Source: an uncultured Gammaproteobacteria bacterium (lineage in GTDB: Bacteria > Patescibacteriota > Microgenomatia > UBA8517). From it: DNA of 64,000 nucleotides. The DNA lies in the NCBI GenBank assembly GCA_964502815.1, contig CAZCXV010000005.1, positions 2,706 through 66,705 of the forward strand, in the 5' to 3' direction. Shown here in pieces: positions 1 through 9,863 of the stretch. The position numbers were made by a program, and so were the translations under genes. The first letter of the stretch is position 1, and every line of letters starts with the position of its first letter. The notes under the pieces were generated by a model that saw nothing but the letters and a program-made list of their open reading frames with translations, did not search any database and was not told where the DNA came from.

Positions 1-113
1 TGACCCAGTTCAAAGAAAAATTTCCTTAGGTATGGTCTTAACTACTAAGCCAGTTAACTATAGATGAACTTCTTTGATCTTGTAAAACCGTTTGCTTAAA
101 GGTATAACTACTT

Positions 114-1430
114 GTGACCAAAGTAACCTCAAAGTTTGTTTGCCAACAATGCGGCTATGAAACTTCTAAATGGATGGGAAAATGCCCTGACTGCAATTCT
201 TGGAACTCACTAGTTGAAACTCTAGTTGAGACAAGAAGTGGAAGTAAAGGCACACAAAGAAATTCAACGCCACTTCTTAAGCCTCAAAAGTTAATAGAAA
301 TAAAGTTAAATAAAAACCAAAGACAAACAACCAACATTTCAGAACTTGATAGAGTACTTGGTGGTGGAATCGTTTCTGGCCAGGTTATTTTAATTGCAGG
401 AGATCCTGGAATTGGTAAGTCGACTATTTTACTGCAAGTTGCTCAAGAGCTAGGAAAAGTATTGTATGTCTCGGGTGAAGAATCAGTTAGTCAGATAAAA
501 CTGCGGGCGGAAAGGTTAGACATAAAAAACAAAGACATAGAAGTATTGGAGGCAACTGATATCGATAGTATTATTGATAGTGCAAATGCCGAAAAGAAGG
601 ACTTAAGTTTACTTATCATAGACAGTATTCAAACAGTTTCAACTCAGGATCTTACTGGTCTGGCTGGCTCTGTTGGCCAAGTAAGGGAATCAGCTTTTAG
701 ACTTGTAAAATTTGCCAAGTCCAGCAGTATTGCTGTAATACTTGTGGGCCATGTTACTAAGGAAGGAACTGTAGCTGGGCCCTCGGTTTTGGCTCACATA
801 GTAGATAGTGTTATTTGGTTTGAAGGCGACAAAAGACTGCAATACCGACTTCTTCGGGCAATCAAAAATAGATTTGGTCCAACCGACGAGGTGGGTATTT
901 TTGAAATGAGTGACAGGGGTCTTATTTCGGTGACTGAAACTGCCAAATTATTTCTCTCGGAAGACAGGAGGTCAGTACCAGGATCAGTTACTACTTCTGT
1001 AATGGAAGGAACAAGACCAATTCTGATTGAAGTTCAATCACTTGTTGTTCCAACTAGAATGGCTTTTCCTAAAAGGGTAGCTCAAGGCATTGATGCCAAA
1101 AGAGTGGAACTAATCCTTGCAGTTTTACAGAGAAGGTGTGGACTTCCAGTTATGGACTTCGATGTTTTTGTCAATATAGTTGGAGGAGTAACAGTTAAAG
1201 ATCCAGCAGCTGACCTTGCGGTTGCTATTTCAATTGCTTCTGCCTATTTTGACAAGCCAGTTGCCAAAAACACTTTAGCAGTTGGAGAAGTAGATTTATT
1301 GGGAGATATTAGACCAGTTAGATTTATAGAAAAAATAACCAAGGATGCCAAAAGACAAGGCTTTAACCAGATTATCTCCAACAAGGAATATAAATACCTG
1401 ACGGATGCGATAAAAACACTTCTTAAGTAG
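114..1430 (+). CDS. radA: DNA repair protein RadA (Sms)
   Basis: N-terminal C4 zinc ribbon (CQQCGYETSKWMGKCPDCNSW), Walker A GDPGIGKST, RecA-like core, C-terminal Lon-like domain; 438 aa. Confidence 0.9.
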   Translation: MTKVTSKFVCQQCGYETSKWMGKCPDCNSWNSLVETLVETRSGSKGTQRNSTPLLKPQKLIEIKLNKNQRQTTNISELDRVLGGGIVSGQVILIAGDPGIGKSTILLQVAQELGKVLYVSGEESVSQIKLRAERLDIKNKDIEVLEATDIDSIIDSANAEKKDLSLLIIDSIQTVSTQDLTGLAGSVGQVRESAFRLVKFAKSSSIAVILVGHVTKEGTVAGPSVLAHIVDSVIWFEGDKRLQYRLLRAIKNRFGPTDEVGIFEMSDRGLISVTETAKLFLSEDRRSVPGSVTTSVMEGTRPILIEVQSLVVPTRMAFPKRVAQGIDAKRVELILAVLQRRCGLPVMDFDVFVNIVGGVTVKDPAADLAVAISIASAYFDKPVAKNTLAVGEVDLLGDIRPVRFIEKITKDAKRQGFNQIISNKEYKYLTDAIKTLLK

Positions 1431-1611
1431 GATTATAAGTTATTCACGAGTTATCCACAAAGACTAATGTCGTTACAATAAGAGCCTAAATAAGGCCATT
1501 TTTCAATACTATATATTATAGGTCTGGTATATATGTTAGGTATTCTATAATATAGGATTTGACAAAGAGAAGGGAGTGGTACTAAAATAGATTTGTACCT
1601 TTTAGCAAAGA

Positions 1612-1691
1612 AAAAAGAGCATCGCAGTCGATAGGTTTTGGGTCTACAGAAACTAGATTCCAAACTATCTACGAACAGAAATGCTCTTTTT
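1612..1691 (+). terminator. Long nested inverted-repeat hairpin downstream of radA; probable intrinsic terminator or structured RNA
   Basis: Outer arms AAAAAGAGCAT (1612-1622) and ATGCTCTTTTT (1681-1691) enclose imperfect inner stems GATAGGTTTTGG/CCAAACTATC and TCTA/TAGA; the T-run follows the 3' arm. Confidence 0.35.
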
Positions 1692-1912
1692 AGATGTAGC
1701 ATCACTTTAAAATGATGATACATGCATAGACTAGAGACATTAATTTATCTTGTCAATAGTGGTTTCGGCCTTGGAATGAACGGGTGGAGAGTAGGGCAGG
1801 CTTACTACCCGTTCATTCTGGGGCTGATTTTTTGTTTTCAGACAAAATTTTCATATTCTCCTTACCCCATAATTTGCTTTTTTTGACAAAAATACCTATA
1901 ATATTTAACATA

Positions 1913-3883
1913 ATGACCGAGAGAAATCAGAAAAAGGACCAAAAAGATATGTTCGGTAAGTATGATTCTGATGGGGAGTGGGATGAAAGTTTAGAAAAAC
2001 AGTTGCCCGATTGGACAAGACAATTGAGTTCCACAAATGACACGATTTCGAGTGTTTCAACAATGTCGAGCCCTAAATCTTCTCCAGTTTCCACTTCTGT
2101 TGTGTCATCAAGGCCAGAAGAGCTAGAAGAACCTGTTGCAGAAGTAAAAACCAAGAAACATGGCCGTAGAAATAGATTAGTTGCTGTTGGTACAGCTGGT
2201 GGTTTGGTTTTATGTCTAGGTGCTCTTTTGCTTGGAGATGAGATTGGTAATATTGCAACAAATATTTCTGATAAGTTACCCAGATTCAACCCTAAGGGCA
2301 CTGCAACAGAATCTGGACAAGTCATTGCAGCAGAAAGTACAGCCACTAGCACTGTAACAGCTTTGCCGTCAGACACCCCTTCTCCAACTGCCTCCTTACC
2401 TCCAGCAAGTGAAACAGTTGCACCATCTACGATGCCTGATACGCCAGCACCCACTGCAACATCAAGTGAAATTATTGATCAAAGAGAATGGAAGGGAGAA
2501 AATGGATACAATGAAAATGGAACAGGCTATCCTGCATGGTTGACTATTCAACAACTACTTAGCGACTATCCATATAAAGATCAACTAACTCGCAAAAATT
2601 CATTACTGACTTCATTAACAAGACCATTTGAAGACTCAGATGCAGATGTTGGTAAGACCCCAGACAACGAACCTGGGATGGGACATGATAAGGGCGATAT
2701 TGAAGCTTACAAGAACCTATATGAAGATGTTATGAAAAATGTTGGATCTATAACTGTAGATCAAATATTGAGGGTAAATGATGAAGGGTTGTTGACTGCT
2801 GGTGTTTATGGTTATACGCACGACCGAGACCCTGAATTTTTATATTTGGTAACTGGATGGGCTGTTCACCAAAATCCAGAGTTGTTTAAAAAACCAGATG
2901 GCAGTTTCATGACCTTAGCTGAAGCTTGGACAAGCAACAAAACTTTCTCAACTCTTAGAAATTTACAACTGAATGCAGTTAGAGAGACACAAAAACAGTT
3001 CACTGGATTGTCGCAAGAAGAAAAAGACAGAAGGGATGGTAATAAAATATATCAACTTGATGCTTCTAGAGAAATTCCTAGCAGACTCCGTTTTGATGAT
3101 GGCCACATTTCTTGTGTGATTTGGATGCAAAACGGTGTTCAGAAATCTCGCCCTGTTCTTTATCAAAGTGGACAAAATAATACCTTTGAAACAGCTAATA
3201 GTGATACGGCACGAAGCCTGGTGGTTATGACAATTAATCCAGAAACTGGAGTGTTTGATATAGATGAACGCGACATTCGAGGATACAGTGGCAGTGCTGG
3301 AGTTAGTGGAGATGAAAATTCAATAACGGGTGACAATAAACTTCCTTGTGGAAATGGCCAAGGTGCTTCCGAAGTCCCAAGTCCTATTCCATCAGCCACC
3401 TCTAGCGTTATTACCACAGCCTATCCAACCTACACTCCAACTGCTCCAGCACAAGGAAACACTCCTGAAGTTGTTGCTACATCAACTACAACCTCTGCAA
3501 CTAGAACACCCAGGCCAACAAATACGCCTGAAATAGTGAATACACCGACTCCAGGCTCTACCCAAATTGCAACTGCTACTGCAACTAACTTACCTCCAGC
3601 TACAGAAACACCAAGATCAACCGAAGATCAACCTCCAACTCCAGGCTTTACACAAGTTGCTACTCAAAGGCCAACAGAGGAGCCAACTTCAGAGTCAACA
3701 GTTGAAAGTGTGGGATACCCAAGAGCAAGTTATATTGATAGACACAACGATAAACCTGAGACTTATTATGATAATAAAAAACATAATGCACAGGTAGGAC
3801 GCAGAAATCAAAAAAGGGATACTTTTGGATTTAGAAATAAAATTGACCATAAAAGTCAACCATATAAGCATAGAAAATATTGA
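1913..3883 (+). CDS. Membrane-anchored Thr/Pro-rich surface protein of unknown function
   Basis: ATG at 1913 sits just downstream of TTGACA (1883-1888) and TATAAT (1897-1902). One TM helix (LVAVGTAGGLVLCLGALLLG), long Pro/Thr/Ser-rich low-complexity tracts, basic C-terminal tail. The six-frame ORF call from 1784 probably over-extends 5'. Confidence 0.5.
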   Translation: MTERNQKKDQKDMFGKYDSDGEWDESLEKQLPDWTRQLSSTNDTISSVSTMSSPKSSPVSTSVVSSRPEELEEPVAEVKTKKHGRRNRLVAVGTAGGLVLCLGALLLGDEIGNIATNISDKLPRFNPKGTATESGQVIAAESTATSTVTALPSDTPSPTASLPPASETVAPSTMPDTPAPTATSSEIIDQREWKGENGYNENGTGYPAWLTIQQLLSDYPYKDQLTRKNSLLTSLTRPFEDSDADVGKTPDNEPGMGHDKGDIEAYKNLYEDVMKNVGSITVDQILRVNDEGLLTAGVYGYTHDRDPEFLYLVTGWAVHQNPELFKKPDGSFMTLAEAWTSNKTFSTLRNLQLNAVRETQKQFTGLSQEEKDRRDGNKIYQLDASREIPSRLRFDDGHISCVIWMQNGVQKSRPVLYQSGQNNTFETANSDTARSLVVMTINPETGVFDIDERDIRGYSGSAGVSGDENSITGDNKLPCGNGQGASEVPSPIPSATSSVITTAYPTYTPTAPAQGNTPEVVATSTTTSATRTPRPTNTPEIVNTPTPGSTQIATATATNLPPATETPRSTEDQPPTPGFTQVATQRPTEEPTSESTVESVGYPRASYIDRHNDKPETYYDNKKHNAQVGRRNQKRDTFGFRNKIDHKSQPYKHRKY

Positions 3884-3916
3884 TTCCTAGAATAAGAAAG
3901 CCTATAATTTGCAAAA

Positions 3917-5422
3917 ATGAAAGTATTAAGAAAAATGTCACTTAAAAAGTCACTTGCTATCTATTTAGTTTTATTTAGTCTATCTGTTTTTGCCCTAAAC
4001 TTTATTAGAACAAAGATTCTTCTGGCGCAAACCTTAAGGGGAACTGATGCAACATTTGATATCTTTAATGGAACAAACTTTGGCGCAGGCAGTGGCTGGG
4101 TAGATCCAGTATCAGCAAATATCAATGAAGGAATTCAGGGTAAAATTACGGCTTGGAATACTGAAGAAGGAACAAATGCGGTTTACACTAAAGTCAGAAT
4201 TGAAATACCAGTAAGTGTTGGGACATCTCACCAGATAATTGCTCATCTTTGGGCCGATAATGCAGCTGAAGTTACAGATACATTAACTATAAATACTACG
4301 GTTCCAACTAGAATTGTGTATCAACCAGGCCATGCAGTGGTTTATTCTCCAGCATGTCCCAATTCATGTCCAATTACAGATAACGCTTTGATTGGGTCTG
4401 GTGTTACTATAGGAAACATCTTAAGTGGCGGAACTGAAAGTGCACAGGTTCATTTTAAAGTGACTATTCTTGAACCAGAACCAACACCAACACCAACTGC
4501 CACGCCTACAGCCACACCGACAAGTACGCCAACTGCTACTCCAACTAGTACTCCCACAAGTACGCCTACAGCCACACCAACCATGACTCCAACTAGTACT
4601 CCTACGGCTACCCCCACTCTTACACCTACAATAACACCAACTGCCACCCCAACAGCAACTCCTACTCCTGATACTCAATTAAAACTTTGTAAATATGAAG
4701 ATGATAATGGGGACGGGGATAGGGATAGTGGTGAAAATGTCCTAAGTTGGAGATTTAGAGTTACTTATAATGGGGTCGTCAGGGATATAGATAGCCACTG
4801 GTGGAATCTTTTTAGCCAAGGTTGTGTAATTATCGATGTTCCTGCAAATACATCTATCACAGTTGAAGAAGAGGGTAGGGCTGGCTGGAGACTAACGGAC
4901 TTGTGGCAAGATGGCCAAAGGGTGAATAACCAAGCAACTTATTCCTACATTTCAAATATTGACAATGTAAAAGTGCTCTGGTTTTTGAACACTTTTACTC
5001 CAGGAGTAACCAATGAAACCAGTAGTTGCGATGATTTGGATGCAGCCCCAACTTCGGGAACAGAAGACCTGACGGTGGCATTTACTGGAAGGGGAGCAAA
5101 CTCAAATGGCTCAATAGACCAATATGAATTTAATTTTGGCGACGGAAATATTACTTCCCAAAGCTCAAACACAGTTTCTCACATCTATTATAATTCTGGA
5201 AGCTATAACGCAAGTCTTAAAGTAAAAGACTCAAGGGGTAACTGGCTATCAAGTGATAATTGTAAATTGACTATAAACGTCAATGCCAAGCCGCAAGTCT
5301 TGGGAACAACTTCTCCAAAGGAGCTGCCAAAAACTGGAGCTACTGGACTGATGTTTATAACTTCTTCATTAATCTCAGTTACATCTGGCATCTACCTATT
5401 TAGAAAGTTTAGATTAGTTTGA
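3917..5422 (+). CDS. LPXTG cell-wall-anchored surface protein with Thr-Pro linker and PKD-like domain
   Basis: N-terminal signal/TM; (TPTA/TPTS)n linker; PKD-like segment (FNFGDGNITSQSSNTVSHIYYNSGSYNASLKVKDSRGNW); C-terminal LPKTG, then hydrophobic stretch, then RKFR tail, which is a sortase sorting signal. Confidence 0.7.
   Translation: MKVLRKMSLKKSLAIYLVLFSLSVFALNFIRTKILLAQTLRGTDATFDIFNGTNFGAGSGWVDPVSANINEGIQGKITAWNTEEGTNAVYTKVRIEIPVSVGTSHQIIAHLWADNAAEVTDTLTINTTVPTRIVYQPGHAVVYSPACPNSCPITDNALIGSGVTIGNILSGGTESAQVHFKVTILEPEPTPTPTATPTATPTSTPTATPTSTPTSTPTATPTMTPTSTPTATPTLTPTITPTATPTATPTPDTQLKLCKYEDDNGDGDRDSGENVLSWRFRVTYNGVVRDIDSHWWNLFSQGCVIIDVPANTSITVEEEGRAGWRLTDLWQDGQRVNNQATYSYISNIDNVKVLWFLNTFTPGVTNETSSCDDLDAAPTSGTEDLTVAFTGRGANSNGSIDQYEFNFGDGNITSQSSNTVSHIYYNSGSYNASLKVKDSRGNWLSSDNCKLTINVNAKPQVLGTTSPKELPKTGATGLMFITSSLISVTSGIYLFRKFRLV
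4483..4675 (+). repeat. In-frame tandem 9-nt (ACN CCN ACN) repeat tract encoding the Thr-Pro-Thr linker
   Basis: Directly visible degenerate ccaacaccaac... repeats. The antisense frame yields the artefactual (VGVA)n ORF 4450..4647. Confidence 0.8.
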
Positions 5423-5429
5423 ATAGGAT

Positions 5430-6152
5430 ATGTATCCCAGAGGTGTAATATATCAATTTGGAGTTTCTAAAAGACGGGGAGTAATAAGTATCAAAGCCCC
5501 TCTTGGAGTTAGGGCTGCCTATTTCTTGTTTAGAGGTCTGGGGGCAGGCTTCATTGGTTTTGCCGTTATGGCCTTCGTTTTCACTTTTGGGCCTCCAATT
5601 AAGGAAGAATTAAACTACCGACTGGTCAAAAAAGATGATCTTGATTATCTTGAACAACTCAAGTTTGCCCAGGCTCAAAAAACCTCAGATATTCAGGAAG
5701 AAGCTAAAGCCCTAGGTCTTGACTCCTATTTCTCTTTGTATATCCCAAAGCTAGAAGCTAAAGCCAAAATAATTTCCAATGTTGACCCAACTGCCAAAGA
5801 AGAATACCTCTCTTCCCTGCAAAAAGGCGTTGCCCACGCCAGAGGGACGCATTTTCCAGGCCAAGGGAGTTTAATATATCTTTTTGCCCACTCAACTGAC
5901 TCCCCAGTCAATTTTACCAGATATAACGCTGTTTTTTACCTTCTCTCAAAGCTGGAACAAGGGGATATCGTTACGGTTTACTTTGCAGACAAGAAGTATG
6001 TGTACCGAGTATCGGATAAAGTATTAGCCAAGGCTGAAGATACCTCTTGGCTGACAAAGGAATATGGTGAGGAAGTGTTAGTCCTGCAGACTTGTGATCC
6101 TCCAGGAACTACTTGGAATAGACTTTTGGTTATTGCCAAACCCATCCCATAG
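5430..6152 (+). CDS. Sortase family transpeptidase
   Basis: N-terminal TM anchor, conserved His (LFAHS), catalytic LQTC (TLxTC) motif and downstream Arg; lies immediately after an LPXTG substrate gene. Confidence 0.7.
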   Translation: MYPRGVIYQFGVSKRRGVISIKAPLGVRAAYFLFRGLGAGFIGFAVMAFVFTFGPPIKEELNYRLVKKDDLDYLEQLKFAQAQKTSDIQEEAKALGLDSYFSLYIPKLEAKAKIISNVDPTAKEEYLSSLQKGVAHARGTHFPGQGSLIYLFAHSTDSPVNFTRYNAVFYLLSKLEQGDIVTVYFADKKYVYRVSDKVLAKAEDTSWLTKEYGEEVLVLQTCDPPGTTWNRLLVIAKPIP

Positions 6153-6155
6153 TAC

Positions 6156-6184
6156 TTGACAAAGCTTTTTTTGTATCCTATAAT
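6156..6184 (+). promoter_or_regulatory. sigma70-type promoter (TTGACA-17 nt-TATAAT)
   Basis: TTGACA 6156-6161, exact 17-nt spacer, TATAAT 6179-6184, 7 nt before ATG 6192. Confidence 0.45.
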
Positions 6185-6191
6185 TCCCCAG

Positions 6192-7268
6192 ATGTACAAA
6201 AAGCTTGCCTTTACAGCTTTAATAGTTGCCCTAGTAGCCGGGTTTATTTTCTTTGGAAAACTTCTAGTAAAAGCTGCAACCTCGGTTTCTTTCGATCCAG
6301 CAGTAGTAGCTGTTAATCCTGGGGATTCTGTAACTGGTGATGGCAGTTTGATGTGTGGACTAATCATCGGAAATAGCGGAGAAAACACCGTTTCCTACAT
6401 TCAAGAAGGAACCCAACCTTCAGCTTATGGAGCAAACAATAGCGATGTCGATCTAAATAGCTTCCAAAATGGCTGTTTGCCAAAAGGTTTTGGAATTGCC
6501 GATTTGGGGGATGGAAGTAGCGCGATGAGTAAAACTCATTTGTATGACTTTAGTTTTTCGGCTGGAACTACAGTCAACGCTTTTTCAATCTCTATTTCTG
6601 ACTGGGGAGATTACTTGCCAAATGTCAAAGGAATGGCAGGTCGCCATGAAATGATTCTTACCGCCTATGATTCTGCTAATACAGTACTTGATACTGCAAG
6701 TTTAGTTTTTGATACAGATTATAACGCCAAAGCCGTAAATAGAAATTCTCCACAATTTGGGGCAATGACTAGGGCAGGAGACGCCTGTCAGGCAACCTCT
6801 GGCCAGCCGGGAAACTTTACTTTAACTGTTAATGGATCTGGAATCGCCAGAGTTGAGCTAAGATATGCCGATGCCCAAAGTTATGATCCAAATATTGGGA
6901 TTTCTGACATTACCTATGTTTTAGAGGATGGCGCTGTTGCAACTAGATGTGCTGGAACACCAGTTACTTCACCTGTACAAAATGATATGTGTGCAAATAT
7001 CGAAGGAGTTCAAACCAGTGTTCCAAACGACTATCATATCGACGCTTCGGGCAGAAACTGCGTCCAATATCAATTGGGTGGAGCACCACAAAACAGTGGA
7101 TCAAATAGTGGCCAGGTTTTAGGAACAACTACAACCAAAACAGGATCTGTCCTGGGAGTATCTACTTTGGGAAGTACTGGAAGCTTAGATGACCTAATGA
7201 ATATTGTTTTTACCTTAGGCGCAGGCTCAGTCGCCTTTGGGCTTAGAAAATCCTCTCTTGACAAATAA
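6192..7268 (+). CDS. Secreted protein with possible non-canonical C-terminal sorting signal
   Basis: Signal/TM (MYKKLAFTALIVALVAGFIFFG). C-terminus is LGSTGS, then a 20-aa hydrophobic stretch, then RKSSLDK. The ORF-tool TTG start at 6156 overlaps the promoter -35, so ATG 6192 is preferred. Confidence 0.5.
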   Translation: MYKKLAFTALIVALVAGFIFFGKLLVKAATSVSFDPAVVAVNPGDSVTGDGSLMCGLIIGNSGENTVSYIQEGTQPSAYGANNSDVDLNSFQNGCLPKGFGIADLGDGSSAMSKTHLYDFSFSAGTTVNAFSISISDWGDYLPNVKGMAGRHEMILTAYDSANTVLDTASLVFDTDYNAKAVNRNSPQFGAMTRAGDACQATSGQPGNFTLTVNGSGIARVELRYADAQSYDPNIGISDITYVLEDGAVATRCAGTPVTSPVQNDMCANIEGVQTSVPNDYHIDASGRNCVQYQLGGAPQNSGSNSGQVLGTTTTKTGSVLGVSTLGSTGSLDDLMNIVFTLGAGSVAFGLRKSSLDK

Positions 7269-7332
7269 GGGTAATTTGGTAGTATATAGCTACTTTAAGT
7301 CTTCCTTGAAGTAAAGAAGTTTTCTTCCGAAA

Positions 7333-8550
7333 ATGAACGAAGATACACAATCTAATAATTCGCTTGTTGTAGATGACAGGATTTTGCCCGATTCAAACCT
7401 GCCTACAGAATATGTTGAGGGTCTTTTGGATATTGCCAATGAAGGCTCAGGACTTTTAAGGAGAAGTTACAATGGTACCGAAAAAGATGTCTATATCTCG
7501 GGCTCACAAATAAGAAGATTCATTCTGAAAAACGGTGATCTTGTTGGCGGCCTTGCCAGACGACCCAAGGAAAATGAAAGGTATTGGGGACTTTTAAAAG
7601 TTGAAACTGTAAATGCAATTCCAATTGAACAGATGTCTCAAGACCGACCAAGTTTTGACGATCTGACTGCAGTTTATCCCGATGAGCAGATTAAAACTGC
7701 AACTGGCTCTGAACCTCTGACGACTAGAGTAATTGACCTAATTGCTCCTATTGGCTTTGGTCAAAGGGCCTTGATTGTTTCCCCTCCAAAAGCGGGTAAG
7801 ACTTGGTTAATTAAAGACATCATGTCTGGCATTGCCCAAAACTATCCTGAAGGAAAAGAAAATGGCGTTCATTTAATGGCGGTTTTAATTGGGGAGAGAC
7901 CCGAGGAAGTAACCGATATTGGGCTGCATATGAAGAAGATTACCGAAGGTCGTGGAGAAGTTGCTTCCAGTAATTTTGATGAATCTCCAGAAAAGCAAAC
8001 CAGAATTTCAGAACTGGCTTTGGATAGAGCCAAAAGGTTGGTTGAAGTGGGTCAAGATGTGGTTATTGTTCTCGATTCTATAACCAGGCTTGCCAGAGCT
8101 TACAACCTTGCTCTTCCGACTTCGGGAAGAACTCTAACTGGGGGGTTTGATCCAATTGCTCTATTCCCAGCCAAGAAATTTTTTGGAGCTGCCAGAAAAA
8201 TCGATGGTGGTGGATCTTTAACCATTATTGGAACCTCTTTAGTTGAGACCGGCAGTAGGATGGATGACTTAATTTATGAAGAGTTTAAAGGGACAGGGAA
8301 CATGGAGCTTCATTTAGTCAGAAGGTTGGCTGAAAGAAGAGTCTTCCCGGCAATTGATGTCTCTAGGAGTGGGACTAGGCAAGAGGAACTTTTATATGGC
8401 ACAGATCTAATGCCAACCATTCTTACTTTAAGAAGAATGTTAGATATCTTGCACGATGATGAGCGAACAGAAAGCTTTTTAGAGCGACTTAGAAAAACCC
8501 AAAACAACGAAGAATTCCTGGCCACTTTAAAAACTGCTGCAAAAGAATAA
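7333..8550 (+). CDS. rho: Transcription termination factor Rho
   Basis: Walker [19 protein letters not shown] motif, RecA-type ATPase core, with an N-terminal extension. Confidence 0.9.
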   Translation: MNEDTQSNNSLVVDDRILPDSNLPTEYVEGLLDIANEGSGLLRRSYNGTEKDVYISGSQIRRFILKNGDLVGGLARRPKENERYWGLLKVETVNAIPIEQMSQDRPSFDDLTAVYPDEQIKTATGSEPLTTRVIDLIAPIGFGQRALIVSPPKAGKTWLIKDIMSGIAQNYPEGKENGVHLMAVLIGERPEEVTDIGLHMKKITEGRGEVASSNFDESPEKQTRISELALDRAKRLVEVGQDVVIVLDSITRLARAYNLALPTSGRTLTGGFDPIALFPAKKFFGAARKIDGGGSLTIIGTSLVETGSRMDDLIYEEFKGTGNMELHLVRRLAERRVFPAIDVSRSGTRQEELLYGTDLMPTILTLRRMLDILHDDERTESFLERLRKTQNNEEFLATLKTAAKE

Positions 8551-8553
8551 TTT

Positions 8554-9690
8554 CTATTTTTTGACAAAATCAAGATAATTTTCTCTTGATATCAATTTTA
8601 CTTCAACTTTATAGAGATCTCTAAAAGTTTTTGGGGTAGTAATTTTTTTGCTTTTCCATTTGAACTCAAACGCTCTAATCTTATTTTCCTTTATTTCCAC
8701 CCAATCAACTTCTGCTTTTTCATAGCTTCTCCAAAAGAAGTTCTGAACAGTTTCTTGATTATATTCCTGTACCTTAAGGCGTTCTACAGCTAAGAAATTT
8801 TCCCAAATTTGTCCAATGTCTGGACGGATATCTAGAGAGGCAAACTGGCCAATCAATGAGTTTCTTACCCCAATATCCCAAAAGTAGTACTTTTTGCTCT
8901 TTACAACTTCAGTTCTTAAATTTCTGGAGAATGCTCCTAATTCAAAGATAATAAATCCGCTTTTTAATAAGTAGATATACTTAGATATTGTTTTAACGTC
9001 AACTTTAAGTTTTGTTGCCAATTCATTTAGAGAAACCTCAGAACCTAATTGGAAAGCAAGAAGAGTTGCTAGGTTTTTTATAACCTCTGGATAGGCTATT
9101 TGTTGTAAAGTTGTTATTTCTCTAAATAGATATTCATTTGCCAATTTTTGCAAATAAGCAATTTTTTCGGAAGGAGATCCTAGTTGAGTTAAATATGGAT
9201 ATCCGCCGAACAATAATTGATTTTCTAAAAGATATGGAGTTTGGTATTCTTCAAGATTTTCAGACAATTCAGTTGTTGAAAAAGGAAAAAGATGAAATTC
9301 ATTAATTCGTCCCGTAAGAGTTTCTTTCATGCCTGTTGCAAGATCTAGAGACGAAGAGCCTGTAACAATAACTTTTTTGTCTGGAAAGTTGTCAATAATT
9401 ATTTTTATAGACAGTGCAATGTTTGGAATCCTTTGTGCTTCGTCTATTGAGATGACGGAATAGGGCTTTACTAAGTTTTCTAGGTGCACTATGGAGGTAT
9501 TTCCTAAGGCATCTCTTGCTTCTTGAGTGTCGCCATTGAGATTTAAGACTTTTTGTAAGTCTTTTTCTAGAGAACTGACAACCTGATTTAAGAGTATAGT
9601 TTTTCCTACTCGTCTAGGACCATAAATTACGGTTACAAAACCAGGCTTAAAAGAATTCAAGATGACTGGAAAAAGCTGTCTTTGTATCAT
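8554..9690 (-). CDS. AAA+ ATPase, AAA_14/DUF4143 family
   Basis: Walker A GPRRVGKT near the N-terminus, Walker B hhhhDE; C-terminal DUF4143-like region. Confidence 0.65.
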   Translation of the reverse strand: MIQRQLFPVILNSFKPGFVTVIYGPRRVGKTILLNQVVSSLEKDLQKVLNLNGDTQEARDALGNTSIVHLENLVKPYSVISIDEAQRIPNIALSIKIIIDNFPDKKVIVTGSSSLDLATGMKETLTGRINEFHLFPFSTTELSENLEEYQTPYLLENQLLFGGYPYLTQLGSPSEKIAYLQKLANEYLFREITTLQQIAYPEVIKNLATLLAFQLGSEVSLNELATKLKVDVKTISKYIYLLKSGFIIFELGAFSRNLRTEVVKSKKYYFWDIGVRNSLIGQFASLDIRPDIGQIWENFLAVERLKVQEYNQETVQNFFWRSYEKAEVDWVEIKENKIRAFEFKWKSKKITTPKTFRDLYKVEVKLISRENYLDFVKK

Positions 9691-9863
9691 TCCATAAAAT
9701 CATATCAAATCTATGGAATCTTGTCAACATATTCGGTACTAATTTATGGAATCGGTCTCCAAAAGGTAGATTGAGTAAATTTGGGGTTTGTGGAAAAAAT
9801 TTGCTTCCCAACTACTGGCTTGATAGACTACACTGCAAGCTGTCCTTTTGCCTTGCCAGATAA

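Noticed and set aside
1451-1723. 90-aa ORF in the radA downstream intergenic region
   Set aside because: It lies on the strand opposite the nested hairpin/terminator, has an AT-rich, stop-poor composition and no motif. The region is better explained as non-coding.
1927-2454. Antisense and alternative-frame ORFs inside real genes (e.g. 1927..2454, 3163..3417, 4421..4678, 4450..4647, 13443..13700, 14938..15339, 61386..61781)
   Set aside because: They overlap strongly supported genes on the opposite strand or in another frame. Their sequences are low-complexity mirrors of Thr/Pro or Gly/Thr-rich coding tracts, e.g. (VGVA)n from the TPT linker.
6156-6191. TTG start at 6156 for the secreted protein gene
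   Set aside because: That TTG is the first three bases of a perfect TTGACA -35 box with a TATAAT 17 nt downstream. ATG 6192 immediately precedes the signal peptide and is the more likely start.
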